64,000 bases of DNA from Basidiobolus meristosporus CBS 931.73 (Eukaryota; Fungi; Basidiobolomycota), in NCBI GenBank assembly GCA_002104905.1, contig MCFE01000043.1:1-64000 (forward strand). The letters are read 5' to 3'. The position numbers and the translations under genes are program-made. Below, piece by piece: positions 22,954-36,142 of the stretch. Numbering within the stretch: the stretch's first letter is position 1; every line of letters starts with the position of its first letter. Below the pieces are notes generated by a model, which saw nothing but the letters and a program-made list of their open reading frames with translations, ran no database searches and was not told the DNA's origin.

Positions 22954-23729
22954 TCATAAAGGCTGAAAGTACCCACTACCCATCCCACGGGACGTAACCT
23001 TTTCTTTGGAGTGTCTGTGGATACGAATGTGCTGGTTCAAGTTGTCCGACCTGGAAAAGCGTTTGGAGCAGGTGGGGTAGGGGCATTGGAAGGCTACGGG
23101 AAATGGAGGTTTAGTGGTTGGCGAAGTTGGCAACAACGGATATGAACTCACGTTTCTCTAGCGTGTGAATAGACCTGATATGGCGCTTCAAATGCTCCGA
23201 CCGCTTGAAGACCTTTCCACAGTCACTATACTCACATACAAACGCCTTCGTTCCTATGTCTGGCTTGTTGGAGGCTTTGCGGCCTCGAGAGCGTCTGGGT
23301 GACTCGCAGTTAGCCTGAGGCAGTATTAGCACACCTTGGCCCACTTCGCCGTAAGCGGAGACGCCTATGTGACAGTGCACAGGTGATACGTGGTGTTCAT
23401 TCTCATCGCTGAGCAGGTGGGAGTATTCGTGAGTGGGTTTGTACAGGTTCATGTATGTTGCACAATTGCCTAGAAGATCCTCCTCTAGCTTGAATTTCGT
23501 CTCCTGCTCAACCATGCTCTGGTTACTCTCACATGGCGAGGGGATGATCTGGAAGTGAGGGTACACGTCTGTGTGGAAGCCCGGCATAAATTGCTGATTC
23601 AGGAGATGATGGAAATCCAACTTCAGTGGGGCCTGGAGGTAGCATTTAGGTCAAGAGGGCACTACAAAACACGTCAATAGGAAATATACATACGCTCGAG
23701 AGCAACTCGGGAGAAAATGGATAGTCCAT
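22954..23729 (-). CDS. Msn2/Msn4-like C2H2 zinc-finger transcription factor (3 exons: 23729-23694, 23632-23152, 23093-22954)
   Basis: [54 protein letters not shown] matches the Msn2-type finger pair. Introns GTATGT..CAG and GTGAGT..TAG restore the frame. Confidence 0.85.
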
Positions 23730-24864
23730 GAGTATATCAAGTGGGGATACTGAGGACACGCCGTGACTGAGATATATATGTACTACGGACAGACCACTAT
23801 CCTAATAACAGGGGTGCATTTTAATAATACAGGCTCCATCATTGAAGCTGAGGCATCAATCACCCAACTTATTTCTCAATGATCGGATATCTAGCTAGTT
23901 ATTGATCCTATATGCTTAGGTTGACTAGGAGATTTGCATACGAATGAAGATCCATCCTACTCGTGCAGGATTGTAAAACTGGGAACTGCAATGAGCATCA
24001 ATCCATGCATGCGCCTATAGCCTCCAGCAGTGAACGTTGTTCCTGCCTACGATCATGACATAGGTATCTCCAATATCCTCCATCATCTCCCACATGGCTG
24101 ATCTTTCCCACAGCCATTTCAGTAATATGCTCCCTGCATTCAAGGTTTGTGCGAGAGTGGCTGTTCAAATCACAGCCCCCTTTCATATGAAAGCATCTTC
24201 AACCGAACCCGTATTGCTAGGCTGCATCTAAATATATGCTAACGGTGGGTATAGCTGTTGATGAACACAAGGGAACAAATATTATCTCGGTGAACCAATC
24301 GGTGAGTGGGCGGTGAGTGGGATGTGCGCGGCGTATTAAAATCGATGAGCACTAACCTGTTTGTATGCAGCGTAGATTACTGTGGAGAGGAGACAATGGA
24401 ATGAAAGTTAAATTGTATGGTACTCGCTATCCGCCCAACGCATATCGTACTGGAGATGAAAGCCTCATCAAGAAAGGCATTTATGCCTTGCTTCTGATGA
24501 ATATGAAAAGTTTCCATCACTTGATCCGGCTTCTAATCAGCCTTGTCCTAAATAGAACCATACTCTCTTGTTTGAGCAGCTTGTTGTGTAGGCATTGGAT
24601 ATGACGGGATCATAAATGTCTCATTAATGCTCACATCGGTAAACCACTGATTTCATCTGCTGGCATGATGACGATCAACGAAACTCCATGGGTGATATAC
24701 ACAAAATGGTTTATTTGGATTTGAGCATTTAATTTGTTCGTACATCTAACCTGTTGGCCGTCTTCCTATAGCACATTGGGGGAAGCATGGTGTTTTAAAG
24801 AGAAAAAAGTAAAATTATACAAATATGACGACGCATGTGCATCTACCTATGTTAAGCTAAGCAC

Positions 24865-27413
24865 CTATTTGCCAAAAGAAATATCTATTTTTTCATCGAA
24901 ACTACTACAATTACTAGATTCAGTGTCGGACTCATGATCTCTCCAGGCGCCGCTACTGTGTGAGATTGGCTTGGTTGAGACATCATGGCAGGCACCAGAT
25001 CCAGGAAAAGGTTCCTCCAAGCCCTTTAATGGGCCAGAGCTATAGAAGATCTTTGGTCGATACGTAGGATCTTTCTCCATCACACTTTACATCTCTGGTT
25101 ACTAAGTATTTCTGCAAAGCTATGATGAACCCTTAAATACCTGGAATTTCGGAACTTCTCGATCAGACCACTCTTTCCCTGGATATTCGCATAGGATATA
25201 TGACAGATTTTATCGGAGTTAAATCGGCCCCTGAACGGAAATAACAATAAGCATGAGGTTAAGGCTGCAACATTGTGAGCACTGTACCATTTATGGCCGA
25301 CCCGCTTTTCGATAAATGAAATAACCGCGCTAGTCATGAAAGATTAATGTGAGATTTAGTGAAGTGTTGGGGTGTATCATTACCTGACATCAATGAAATT
25401 AATGAAGGCATAGCCAACATTGCAGTGATTCTTGAAGTCCATTCGCAAGTACACAAAATCATACTCTCCCTTATGAGTCTCATCAATGCATTCCAATAGC
25501 ATTTTCTACACCAATCACCCTATTAGAACTGTTTACAGGATGTATAAGCAGCTAGGATCCTTACCTGTGTATATTTGTTTGGAATATTCCGTATCATGAA
25601 GGTTGTCCTAGTGTCAATTCCTAGGTGTATGGTGAGCGCCTTGTGATTACTTCAGATTCGTAGATTGTTCAGGTTACCTTGAATAATTTTCCAGATATTG
25701 ACTTGATTACGGCTTGGCACAGCGTTCTCACATGAGCCAGGATTCGAGGAGAACCTGGGCATATTGGGAAGGGTATGGGATGTTGGAATGTAATTCATGC
25801 TGGCTTCTTGGTCCGATTTCGTACAAAGCTGTTCGCCTTTCTTGACTCGAATTGCATTCCAGTTTGCATATTCATAGGAAGATAGGGATCAGCCAACAGA
25901 TTGCTTAATGAATCCTGAAAGCGTGCCGCACAGGAAGCGGGTTGCGAATCCGATGCAGTATAAATTGGTGCTGGCCAGAATTTACCTGAAGTCGTTTAGT
26001 GATTGCTTGGCAGCGGAAATTTGTGTTAGAGCTTACCATATGATTTATAGTTCATCGGATGTTTTGGATTCCAGATATCCGATATGCTTTCACATTTGCT
26101 ATTTCGATTATACTCATGCTGAGCAAAGCTTCTACCGGCGTCCTGGTAGTCATGAAAAACGACAATTCTGTCTATGTGATCTTCATCTGAAAAAATTTCA
26201 CTTGATACTGTGTACCATGAGGATCAATCCGATGTAGCTTTTCTTCAGCAGCTACTGCATGTCTAATATCGTAGTACTCGATAACGATATCAGATTTATA
26301 GGGAATCTGACTGATTTCCCTAATAGTACCGCACATCTCTAATATCAACTGCATGTTTGAGCTGAATTGATTTGGTGGGCAGTAGGAGAGTAACAGTTTT
26401 CCTTCAAAGTCGTTAACGCCATCGAAAGGCTTCAGTAAATTGGGTAATTTGACTAGCTGTGAGACCCGGATGTAATTCACAGTCACAATTTCGCCTCGAA
26501 TTCGCGTGGTTCTCAAGTGCTGAACTATTGAGATAGCGTCACGTATGTCGTAATACGCGACAATGAGCAGTCCCAAATCATGAATTCGATCGGAATAAAT
26601 ATGCCAAATCTTGCCATCATTCTTGGGAGTGTATACGAAAACCAGTGAGATGGATTATCACCGACGCAAAAATCTTTATCCTACCTTTAGGAATTTCAAT
26701 TCCCTAGCATCAATATCATGGGGTAAAAGCCCGATGGATATATACCGAGTCGCTTTGGAACTGAAGCACGATGACCAGCCAAAAAATTCACTTTGGAACG
26801 TCGATCGGTTGACATTATGCGTGGTAGAAAGTATTGAGCGATTAACTGGATGTGGTTGATTCATGACTTGCTTTTTGTCAATATTCACCGAGTCGAGAGT
26901 ACAATTCCTCAACTTTTGATCTATCCCAAAGTGTTCAGTTTGGTTATTTGTTCTATTGGGAAGAAAAGTAAGACTATTGATAGTAGACGAACCAAATTTC
27001 CAGATAGGTGGTTCTTGGTCGAATATGTCGCTCTTTGATCCCGAGAGCGTACTTGTAATTGTTGGGAAGTTTGAAAAACAGCCCAAAGATTCTGAGCTGG
27101 CCAGATTCGAGTCTCCCTGAAAAACTTCTCGAATTCACACTTTTTTTGTTCAGAATTCCATGGAGTCTACGGTATATTGCACACAGTCAATGAGTGTCTA
27201 ACCCAATATAACTTGAAACCCTGTTGTTCTTACCTGGGTGGAAACCTTTGAATCAGTCTTTGGCTCAGAAACACCGGGTTTAGTGCGAGCAGCTGGTTTT
27301 CTGTTAGGCTTCGCCAGAGCAATATTGCATTCTGATATTCTATCTGTTGCACTCTCGGTCGACCGGACATAAATCTCTGGGCGACCGCTATTTTCGGTGG
27401 AAGCTGCGAGCAT
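24865..27413 (-). CDS. mei2: Mei2-like RRM RNA-binding protein (multi-exon; 5' end uncertain)
   Basis: RRM3 hallmarks DTRTTFMIRNIPNKYTQ, YLRMDFKNHCNVGYAFINFID, ISYANIQGK and YRPKIFYSSGP..EEPFP. N-terminal RRMs carry AYYDIRDA and EYYDIRHA. Confidence 0.85.
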
Positions 27414-28415
27414 ATTATGAATACTTTTTGAAAGAGATAACAAACGAGTCAAAGCTATTTCTTGACACTTATCCCGTTAAAGCAAAAAGTGAAGACACAA
27501 AGCTCAAAAATTTATAAACCAAGGCAAGTGCCTATGTTTGAAAAGGGATAAAAGTATCAAGCTTAGTATGAGTCGAATGGATCGATTAACTAGAGCAAGG
27601 ATTACTTTTTATAAACTTCGTCTGTTTATGGAGAAATAAGAATGTATGCTGTTGGGTGAATATATGCTCTTGAAATCATAAATGATTCACAAAGAGAAAC
27701 ATGAAGAAATATAGCCAACTCCAGTCTTTGCGCAGCAGATCCTGATGACTGATCCAAGAAAATCAGCTCGAGCCATCATGCCTGTACCCAATTCCCGAGA
27801 ATACCAACTCTCTCTAGTATATGTTGGAGATTGATGGCTTCAATAGCGAATCAGTATAAAATTGCTCACACATTTCTGTTTCTTTCGAGCATTTATTGTT
27901 GCTGTCTATTGGGAGATCCTGGCATTCAATCATTTACTACGCATACATCTTAACATTCACTAGTGATTGGAGGGATTATCTGAATTACCTTCGTCAGCCA
28001 GGCAAGGCACTGACAATCGAAATATGGGAAACTGCATGAAAAAATATTAAGATTGGGGCAAATTACGGCGGTCAAAGCATGTCCTAGAATTGCTCCCAAG
28101 CCCCTGCTTCGCCTAAACCAGCTGATGTAAACGCAGATCCCTGAGCCCAATGACATAAGCTAGGCACTAGTGTCCCAAGAGCATTCAATGAGGAAGATCA
28201 ATGCGTTCACCCATTTTTATTTGATATATAAAATTAACATGCAGGAGATGGAGTGTACTCTTACCCAACCTGAATCGCTAGATCCCCAAAGAAGTTGGTA
28301 ATGTAGAGTACAGCAGTCAACGATTTGGCCAGCCCGAATGTATATGGCAATGATGGGTGTGAGCTTTATTTTGGCACTGGTTAACGAAAAACAGTTTCTA
28401 ATCGATCCGATACAA

Positions 28416-29897
28416 CTATTGGAGATTACGGGATTTCCAATCCTCCCATATTTTCTCAAGGAGTGTTTTAGTACCATCGTCAGCAAAAATCCCTTGGATT
28501 CCAAGGTGAGAGAGAGAGTATAATTCTTCCTTGTTTAGAGAGAATGTTCTGGCAGCAAGTGCGTACTCATTAGAGCAAGGACTTCCAAACACCCCTGAAA
28601 TTCGGTTACCTATTTAGCTTGAATGTTGATTATCGTATTCAAATATAAAACAAACCTCTGTCATCCGTCTTTTGAAAATGAACGAGAAATGGATTAGAAG
28701 ACAGTTACTCAAAGGCACAGCTTAAAAAGTGCAAGCTTACGCAGAGTACGCATGGGTGATCTTTGTCAAGAAAGTCTCGAAGATGGTGGGATTCATAGGA
28801 CTTTACAGTCTTGCATAAAACATTGGAAGACATGCAAATTTCGAGAGGAATCTTACGATCCAGTATTGCTTGACGTTGTTCGTCACTCAGGAAAGTGACA
28901 TGACTAACGCGACCAGGGTTTAGCGACAGCATTGATAATCCCTCATCTACGTTTCTTGGGAGCTACAATTTACAAGGGATTAGGAATGCTAGTTACTACG
29001 GAATCTCACGGAAATTACCTCGCCCATATGGATGGTAAGATTAATCTTATGCTTGTTTAGATATTCCAATGCTGGCTTGATGGTATCAAATTCTCCTTTC
29101 TACCAGATATGCCATTAGACAAATTCGTTCTGTCAACTCATAGCAAAATCGTTTACCGAAGGATCACCACAGACATCTACACCAACTACACCCTTCTCTT
29201 TGTATTCAACCGCCAATTGTGCTGTCTCCATTGCCATTTCTATGGTATGTCTTCTATCAATACTAACAATAAGCTTGACAATAATGTAATCCGGAGAGGA
29301 TAGCTCCTCAATTACTTCCAAAATAGCATCAATATAGTCTCTCTTAGACATGCCTGAGCAACAACTAGTTAATTAACAGCCGAAGAATAAGCCCCAACAC
29401 TGATATGCTTACCATTGGCTTCCTCGCACCTAGGAGTGCTACGCAGCTCGAGATATTTGACCCCGTCTTCGGCGAAATCTTTGATGACGCTGCGAGTTAT
29501 ATACTTGACCGAAGCTACGTCATTGCTCAACTTATAGATAAAATGAAACAAAGAAAAGAAGCTGAGAAGGACAAAAAAGTGTTAAACTTGAATAAACTCA
29601 AGCGGTTCAAGAAAGTCAATGGTTACTCTTCAATTCTTGACAGGGGGCCAGGCTCGCGTATCTCAAAATCCAAAAGTTCGGGCTGTGTGTCCTTTTTAAG
29701 CTGAACCAGCTCTCTCATTGTTTTTGTGGTCATTGAACCATTTATATGAGCATGGAGTTCCTTTATATTGCATAACCAGTCAGAAAGCGCAACCTGCAAC
29801 GCTGTTACAGCTAGAACAGTACCAGTTTGGGTAAGTCCCGACAAAAATCCAGCAGCTCAAGACCTCCAAAGTTTTCTTCAATACAGGCAGTACTCAT
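28416..29897 (-). CDS. ADAL: Adenosine deaminase-like protein (ADAL / N6-methyl-AMP deaminase family), multi-exon
   Basis: Exons give FCRDLPKLELHAHINGS, DGVKYLELRSTP, VVGVDVCGDP, IPLEICMSSN and TDDRGVFGS..SNEY. Stop at 28416-28418. Confidence 0.85.
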
Positions 29898-30098
29898 AGT
29901 TACTTGAAGGCGGAGAGAGTGTGCTCTGGGCTAAATAGAAATTGGGAATACACGATATGATAAAATAAGCAATATTGCTACGGAATTTCTCGGTTGTTGT
30001 GGTCACAATGTAACCTAACATAGGTAGTGAGATGGAATCACCAACCAAACATGCAACAAACATGCACATCCCGGAATACAGTTCACCACACAAATTAA

Positions 30099-31031
30099 CT
30101 ATAATTTATTTCCTAGCTTAGACAAATTACCAAATTCATTGGAGGACTATGTACGGCGAGCAATAGTGGCGGTGATGTATCCAGCTGGGTCGCTTACTGG
30201 TTGGAATATGTTCATATCCTTAGCTTCATTGGACAGTTTGAAAGGTTTAAGGTTAACACTAAGGTAATGCTTATTGGGAAGTGCATAACTAATCTCCACA
30301 ACATCAGTGTGGTTCATCAGGACCCGCTCACCCATTTTGTACATAGTGGCTTGTACGGATGCAGAGTCGTCAGTGGCAAATGTACTTAGTGTTATCTCTC
30401 GAATTCCTGCAGCAATGCTGTCAAAGGGTATTTCAGAGATTTTTGATTTCTCAAGATCGTATGTCCATTTTGCATCAACACTGGTGGAAAATATTCTATC
30501 GTGAGCATCCTGAAGGGTGGTGTACTCACAACGATGGAAGTTAGTGAAGTTGGAACCGGTAGATTTCAACACCAAAAGGTCCTTCAGACGGGACTCAACA
30601 GTTACTTTCCCGTCACGTCTGACCGTCAACTCGACCCGCCTTGTATCATCGCCATCGCGGAAGAATGAGTGGGAATGGTATTGCTGGTCGATAGAAATAC
30701 GGGACCAACGGTGCTGGATAATCTTGACATAAACACTCTCAACGTGTGAGTACCTATTGAGGAAATGCTGACCAATCTCGTGGCCAAAGAGCTCGATGGT
30801 TTGGACATTGCATGATTTCTTGGCCAGGACATAGACTGTGTTCTTCACAGTATCAGTAGGAATGATTACGGAGTTGTCAGCTTCGGTATAGGAGACCTTG
30901 AAGCTACCATCGAGGAGAACCTGACAAGTAAGTTCAACAACATCATGCCAGTCATCAGTATGGCGAATAACCTTGGTTAGTCGAACATCAGTCTTTCCAT
31001 AAGCTTGCTTTTTCAGGTAAGGAGTGGCCAT
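30099..31031 (-). CDS. uox: Uricase (urate oxidase) 1; ends at 30147 unspliced (..IARRT*) or at 30099 if a 42-nt 3' intron is spliced (..IARRNKL*)
   Basis: YGKTDVR, IPTDTVKNTVY, LLVLKSTGSNF, DRIFST, SASVQATMY and LPNKHY are uricase motifs. Confidence 0.92.
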
Positions 31032-31291
31032 TGCAATTTGTTGGTTTGCTGAGTGAGACGCTTTCGTTTATAAGCACATCGCAAATTGTCCCCATCCGCA
31101 TGCTTAGCAATCAGATGGGTATTTATTACCGAATATATCCAGATGCACGGCATTATCAATCATTGAAGTTTGGTTGACACCAGACTTGTTGGCATTTGAA
31201 ATCCAACTCCTTCTCTCTAACTCTTGTACAAGAGATTATCGCAGATCTGAAGACCTATATAAAGCGTCGTGCTCATATGGATGACATCAAA

Positions 31292-32182
31292 ATGTCTTCT
31301 ATTGCTCAAGTTCAGCGCCAGGCTTACGGAAAAGCTAATGTCAGGATTACCAAAGCTATCCGCCACTCAGCTGAGTGGAATGATATCGTCGAAGTTACAT
31401 GTCGGGTGCTCCTCGAGGGAGACTTCGAGGAGGCCTACACTAAGGCTGACAACTCCAAGATCGTCCCAACCGACACGGTGAAAAACACTTGCTTCATCGT
31501 TGCCAAAAAATCCAATCACGTCCAAACGATCGAGCACTATGGTTATGAACTTGGCAAGCATTTCATTGACAGGTATGATCATGTGACACACGCGCACGTC
31601 CATATCGTGCAAGAACGCTGGGCGAGAATCAACGTCAATGGCGAGCCTCATCCTCATTCATTCTACCGTGATGGAGCGGAGACCAGGCAAACGTGGGTAA
31701 CAGTGTCAGCCAACGATGTGAGTATCAAGTCAGGCATGGATGGTTTACTTGTATTGAAGACCACAGGCTCGTCCTTCACCAACTTCCACCACTGTGAGAA
31801 CACCACTCTGCAGGATGCCGAGGATCGCATTTTCTCCACCACCGTCAAGGCCCATTACAATATCGACACTTCGGCTGGCGTAGACAAAGTCCCATTTGAC
31901 CGGATTTTTGAAGGGGTGCGCACAACCACCCTGGATATATTCTCGAACGATGACTCTGCGTCAGTCCAAGCAACCATGTACCGCATGGCTAGCCTGATCT
32001 TGAAGCGCTTCCCAGAAATCAGAGATGTGTTCTATGCACTCCCTAACACACATTACTTCACTGCAAATCTTGCTCCATTTAATCTCCCAAACTCGGGCCA
32101 AGAAATGACCATCTTTTCCCCTATTACCGACTTCTCTGGTCTCATTACTGCCACCATTGGTCGATCCAGCACGAAAATTTAA
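31292..32182 (+). CDS. uox: Uricase (urate oxidase) 2
   Basis: YGKANVR, VPTDTVKNT, LLVLKTTGSSF, DRIFST, SASVQATMY and LPNTHY; ends STKI*. TATATAAA at about 31256 supports ATG 31292. Confidence 0.92.
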   Translation: MSSIAQVQRQAYGKANVRITKAIRHSAEWNDIVEVTCRVLLEGDFEEAYTKADNSKIVPTDTVKNTCFIVAKKSNHVQTIEHYGYELGKHFIDRYDHVTHAHVHIVQERWARINVNGEPHPHSFYRDGAETRQTWVTVSANDVSIKSGMDGLLVLKTTGSSFTNFHHCENTTLQDAEDRIFSTTVKAHYNIDTSAGVDKVPFDRIFEGVRTTTLDIFSNDDSASVQATMYRMASLILKRFPEIRDVFYALPNTHYFTANLAPFNLPNSGQEMTIFSPITDFSGLITATIGRSSTKI

Positions 32183-32565
32183 TAAACATGTTTAGGATCC
32201 GGCATAGCTTTAGACATGTATGCGCGTGATGGCTTAAGTTTAATGAACATGCCTAAGATCCGGCATAGCTTTGGATAGGAACAGGCATGATGGGTTGGCT
32301 TTTAGCAAGAATAAGAATAGGCGAGGAATTGCGTGATCAGGTGGATATGTTTTTCCGACGATTGCCCTACTTGTAATGTTGTATCACACCGGCACAAATA
32401 TACTTAATCGACACGAGCAGACAAGCAAGCTACAATATGGATTTCTAAGCTAATGCCACGGAAAGGAAATGATTCAGTATGTTGAGAGATGGCGTCATTT
32501 AGCTATGTCCGAATGCTCCCCATCATTATAAAACCGATGATTTCTGCTATGCGAAACCTTGTTCA

Positions 32566-33837
32566 ATGTTTGGTTCGAAACTTACTTCCCGACTTTACTC
32601 CACTGTTGGAGCCGCCTCTTCCCTCAAGGTTGTGTGGCCACCAAATACTCTTTCCATAAACACTGTTGTATCCTGTCTAACTTTATTCTCGAAGTTTAGT
32701 CGGTAGACGGCTTTGTTGGTGCAATTGGCAACACTCCTTTGGTAAGTCCCTTGTAACTTGACTTCGTAGAACAAGAACTCACCTTGCCTGCTTTCTTGTA
32801 GCTGAGAATCAAATCCCTAAGTGAGCAAACTCAATGTAACATCTTTGCCAAAGCAGAGTTCATGAATCCCGGAGGCTCCGTTAAGGACCGCGCGGCTTTG
32901 TATGTCGTCAAGAATGCCGAAGAAAAGGGTATTTGTCCACAGAACTAACTTCACCCTGACAAAGTACCAAACAATTTCGTTCTCCAAAGGACTTTTGAAG
33001 CCCGGCGGCACAGTAGTGGAGGGGACTGCTGGAAACACAGGTATTGGACTGGCCCATGTTTGCCGTGCCAAGGGTTACCGCTGTGTTATCTTCATGCCAA
33101 ACACACAGAGCCAAGAAAAGATCGACCTGCTACGCATGCTCGGTGCCGAGGTTTACCCAGTACCAGCGGTTGCGTTCGAAAACCCCCAGAACTACAACCA
33201 CCAAGCCGCCCGGTTTGCGGAAGAGACACCCAATGCTGTCTGGACCAACCAATTCGACAATACGGCCAACCGTCAAGCACACATCGAAACCACCGGGCCA
33301 GAAATCTGGGAACAAACCGGCGGGAAGGTTGACGGATTCACCTGCGCCACAGGCACTGGGGGAACATTCGCCGGCACCGCTCGCTTCTTGAAAGGAAAGA
33401 ACCCAGACATCAAGCTCTTCGTGGCCGATCCTCCCGGCTCGGTTCTCTACAGTTACTTCAAGAGTGGTGGAAAGCTCACCGATCGCAGTGGCAGCTCCAT
33501 CACCGAAGGCATTGGACAGGGCCGTATCACCGACAACATGAAGAACGAAGTTCCCATTGTTGACGATGCTCTCCTCATCCCTGATGAAAAGACCATTCAG
33601 ATGGTCTACCATCTGCTTGACAAAGAGGGAATCTACGTTGGTGCATCGTCAGCCCTCAACGCGGTTGCAGCGGTCGAGATGGCCAAGCAGCTGGGCCCAG
33701 GCAAAAACATCGTGACCTTGCTATGTGATGGCGCCTATCGCTACCAATCTCGCCTGTTCAGCCGGAAATGGCTGGAGTCGAAGAGCCTCATCGACGCCAT
33801 CCCACAAGAGCTACAGAAGTACATTATCTTGGCTTAG
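32566..33837 (+). CDS. Cysteine synthase (O-acetylserine sulfhydrylase family, PLP) with a probable mitochondrial presequence; multi-exon
   Basis: [43 protein letters not shown] and EGIGQGR. First exon reads [22 protein letters not shown] at about 32527. Confidence 0.88.
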
Positions 33838-33931
33838 ACCCACCCCTCATCAAAATAAACCATTCACAGATCGCAATGAGTTGAGTTGAACGACATGATT
33901 TAATTAAGGGGTATATTTGAATGCAACATGA

Positions 33932-35145
33932 TTAGCGCTTGAAAATCTTGTAGATGAAGCTGGTGAAGACCTCTCTTGGGATCACTTGGTCGTCAACTTG
34001 GGAAACCAACTCAGTGAGCTTGTTGTAGGCAGCATCCTCGTGGCGCTTGTAGACGCCCTTGAGGTCCAGCTCGTTGTAGATTCCCTTGACAACGGCAACA
34101 TTCGAGGGGTTCTTGCGACCGTAGTTCTCGTCGAGAAGCTTTCTTTGCTCGGGGGTGCAGAGCTTCAAGGCCTGGTTGATCAACCAAGAGCACTTGTTGT
34201 CCTCGATATCGGTGCCGATTTTGCCAATGACCTCAGGGGGCTCGTAGCAATCGATGTAGTCGTCGTGGATCTGGAAGTGCTCACCAAGAGGGATCAGGAT
34301 GTCCTCGGCTTGCTTGAAGACGGCTGGGTCGGTGATGCCGGCCACCAACATTCCCATGGCAACTGGCAAATAGAAAGAGTAGTAGGCGGTTTTGTAGGTG
34401 ACGATCCAGCTGTGTCTCTCGAGTGAGAAGCGGTCAAGGTTGATGTCGTCCTCGGGGGCAGTGATCAAATCGACAACCTGGCCCAACTCGGTCTGCCACG
34501 ACGTTTCGTGAAGCAATTCAACCAAGTCGATGTAGTACTTCTCTTGACGGAAATACTTCTTGAAGAGTTTGTAGATGCAGGACTCGAGGATGAAAGAATC
34601 ATTGATGGCGACAAGGCCGACCTTTTCCTAAAGCAGATTCCTAACTCAGCTACTTTCTTTCTAGAAGATCGAAGCCAATGCTTACCAATTTGTACCAGCA
34701 GGGTTGACCTCTTCTAACTGGAGATTGATCCATGATATCGTCGGCAACAAGGAAGAAAGCTTGAAGCTAGTTTGCACGGAGGTCAGAACCATGGAACCAC
34801 AGCAGCTACACTGGCCTACTTACCCATTCCACAGACCAGCCAAGCACGGCAGCCTTGAAGAACTCATCCTCGGTGAGCTCTCTACGAAGAAGGGCCTTGA
34901 GGGTGTCGATAACAGAGAGACCACGGTTCATCTTGCCACCGGGGATGTTGTATTCCATACACTGATTGACATAGCTTTGATTAGTACAGTGCGGCTTAAC
35001 TCTCAAACAACGCTACATATCTATGCACCTCTTTGATCCATTGCTTAGCCTCGGCAGGCAAGGTAGGAGGAAGAAGATCCAACACATCTTGCAAGAGGGT
35101 TGGGAATACTTCGACGAAACGTTCCTTGGTAGATTTCTGAGCCAT
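33932..35145 (-). CDS. ERG20: Farnesyl diphosphate synthase, multi-exon
   Basis: [48 protein letters not shown] and [14 protein letters not shown]. Confidence 0.93.
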
Positions 35146-35635
35146 CTTGGTAGGTGAGGTGTAGAGAGACAAGCAGGGAAGTGCACTCACTTTTAGGAAA
35201 ACTCGGGTTTTGGGGACGGAACCTGCTGGAATTTATGAATGCCAGATTCCTCGATAACGTAGTGCCCTGAACAACCAATCCTCCGTGAAAAGATTGGGGA
35301 TACGGTTGCCAGATTTGGCTGCAATCACCATTGTGACAGGCTGCCATAGGCCCGGGATGTATAGAAAGCCATAACATTGATTGAGGTTCAGGTGGTGCTA
35401 CACGGATCGCATGAGTGAGTTGCGCATGCTTGTACATTGATTTATTCGAAAGATGGCTTCTATCCAAAAAGTGTCCCTTTATTGAAATGGGAGGGTAAGA
35501 TAGATTTGAAGAAACTCCAGCTTGAATCTCCACATTTTCAAGTTCAAAAGCGAAAACGATATATATGGTATTTAAAGGTTTGGCAGAAGTAGATGGGTGC
35601 ATATGAATGTAGTCAAGAATACAAAGAGGCAACCT

Positions 35636-36142
35636 CTAGTTCTCGTTCTTCTCGAATTGCTCGACCACCTTCTCGAGGTCGAAGTCGGGATGTTCGGGGT
35701 CGGTAATCACTGGAATAAAGTTACTACGGGTTTCCTTCGAAGAAATACCGCAAGCTCACTTACCACCAGTAGCAGGTGCGACGGTTTCGGAAAGCTTCTT
35801 CTTGGCATATGCGGCCTTAGCTTCCTCGATGAGGTCCTCCTTGCGTTGATACTCTTTCTCGATTCTCTTCTGGCCTTCGGATTTTTCGAGGCTTCTGCGG
35901 TGGACAAAACCGTAGGAGATACCAAGAGCCAAGGCAGCGTAACGGGAAACCTACATAAGAAATCAAGATCGTTAGAGACTCTCGTATAAAACTAAGGTTC
36001 GACTCGGCAAGATTCTCGGTAATATTGCAACTGCTTGACTTTCAAGTGCTCTCACTGTATATATATCTATGCTTGTATGTGTGTGTGCGTGTGTATACTT
36101 ATATGACTAACGTACGTTAACTAGAGGTGAAACTGGAGCCAT
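35636..36142 (-). CDS. TIM11: Mitochondrial ATP synthase subunit e (3 exons: 36142-36116, 35950 to about 35755, about 35706-35636)
   Basis: Spliced product MAPVSPLVNVSRYAALALGISYGFVHRRSL..KEYQRKEDLIEEAKAAY..VITDPEHPDFDLEK matches the fungal subunit e pattern. Confidence 0.85.
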
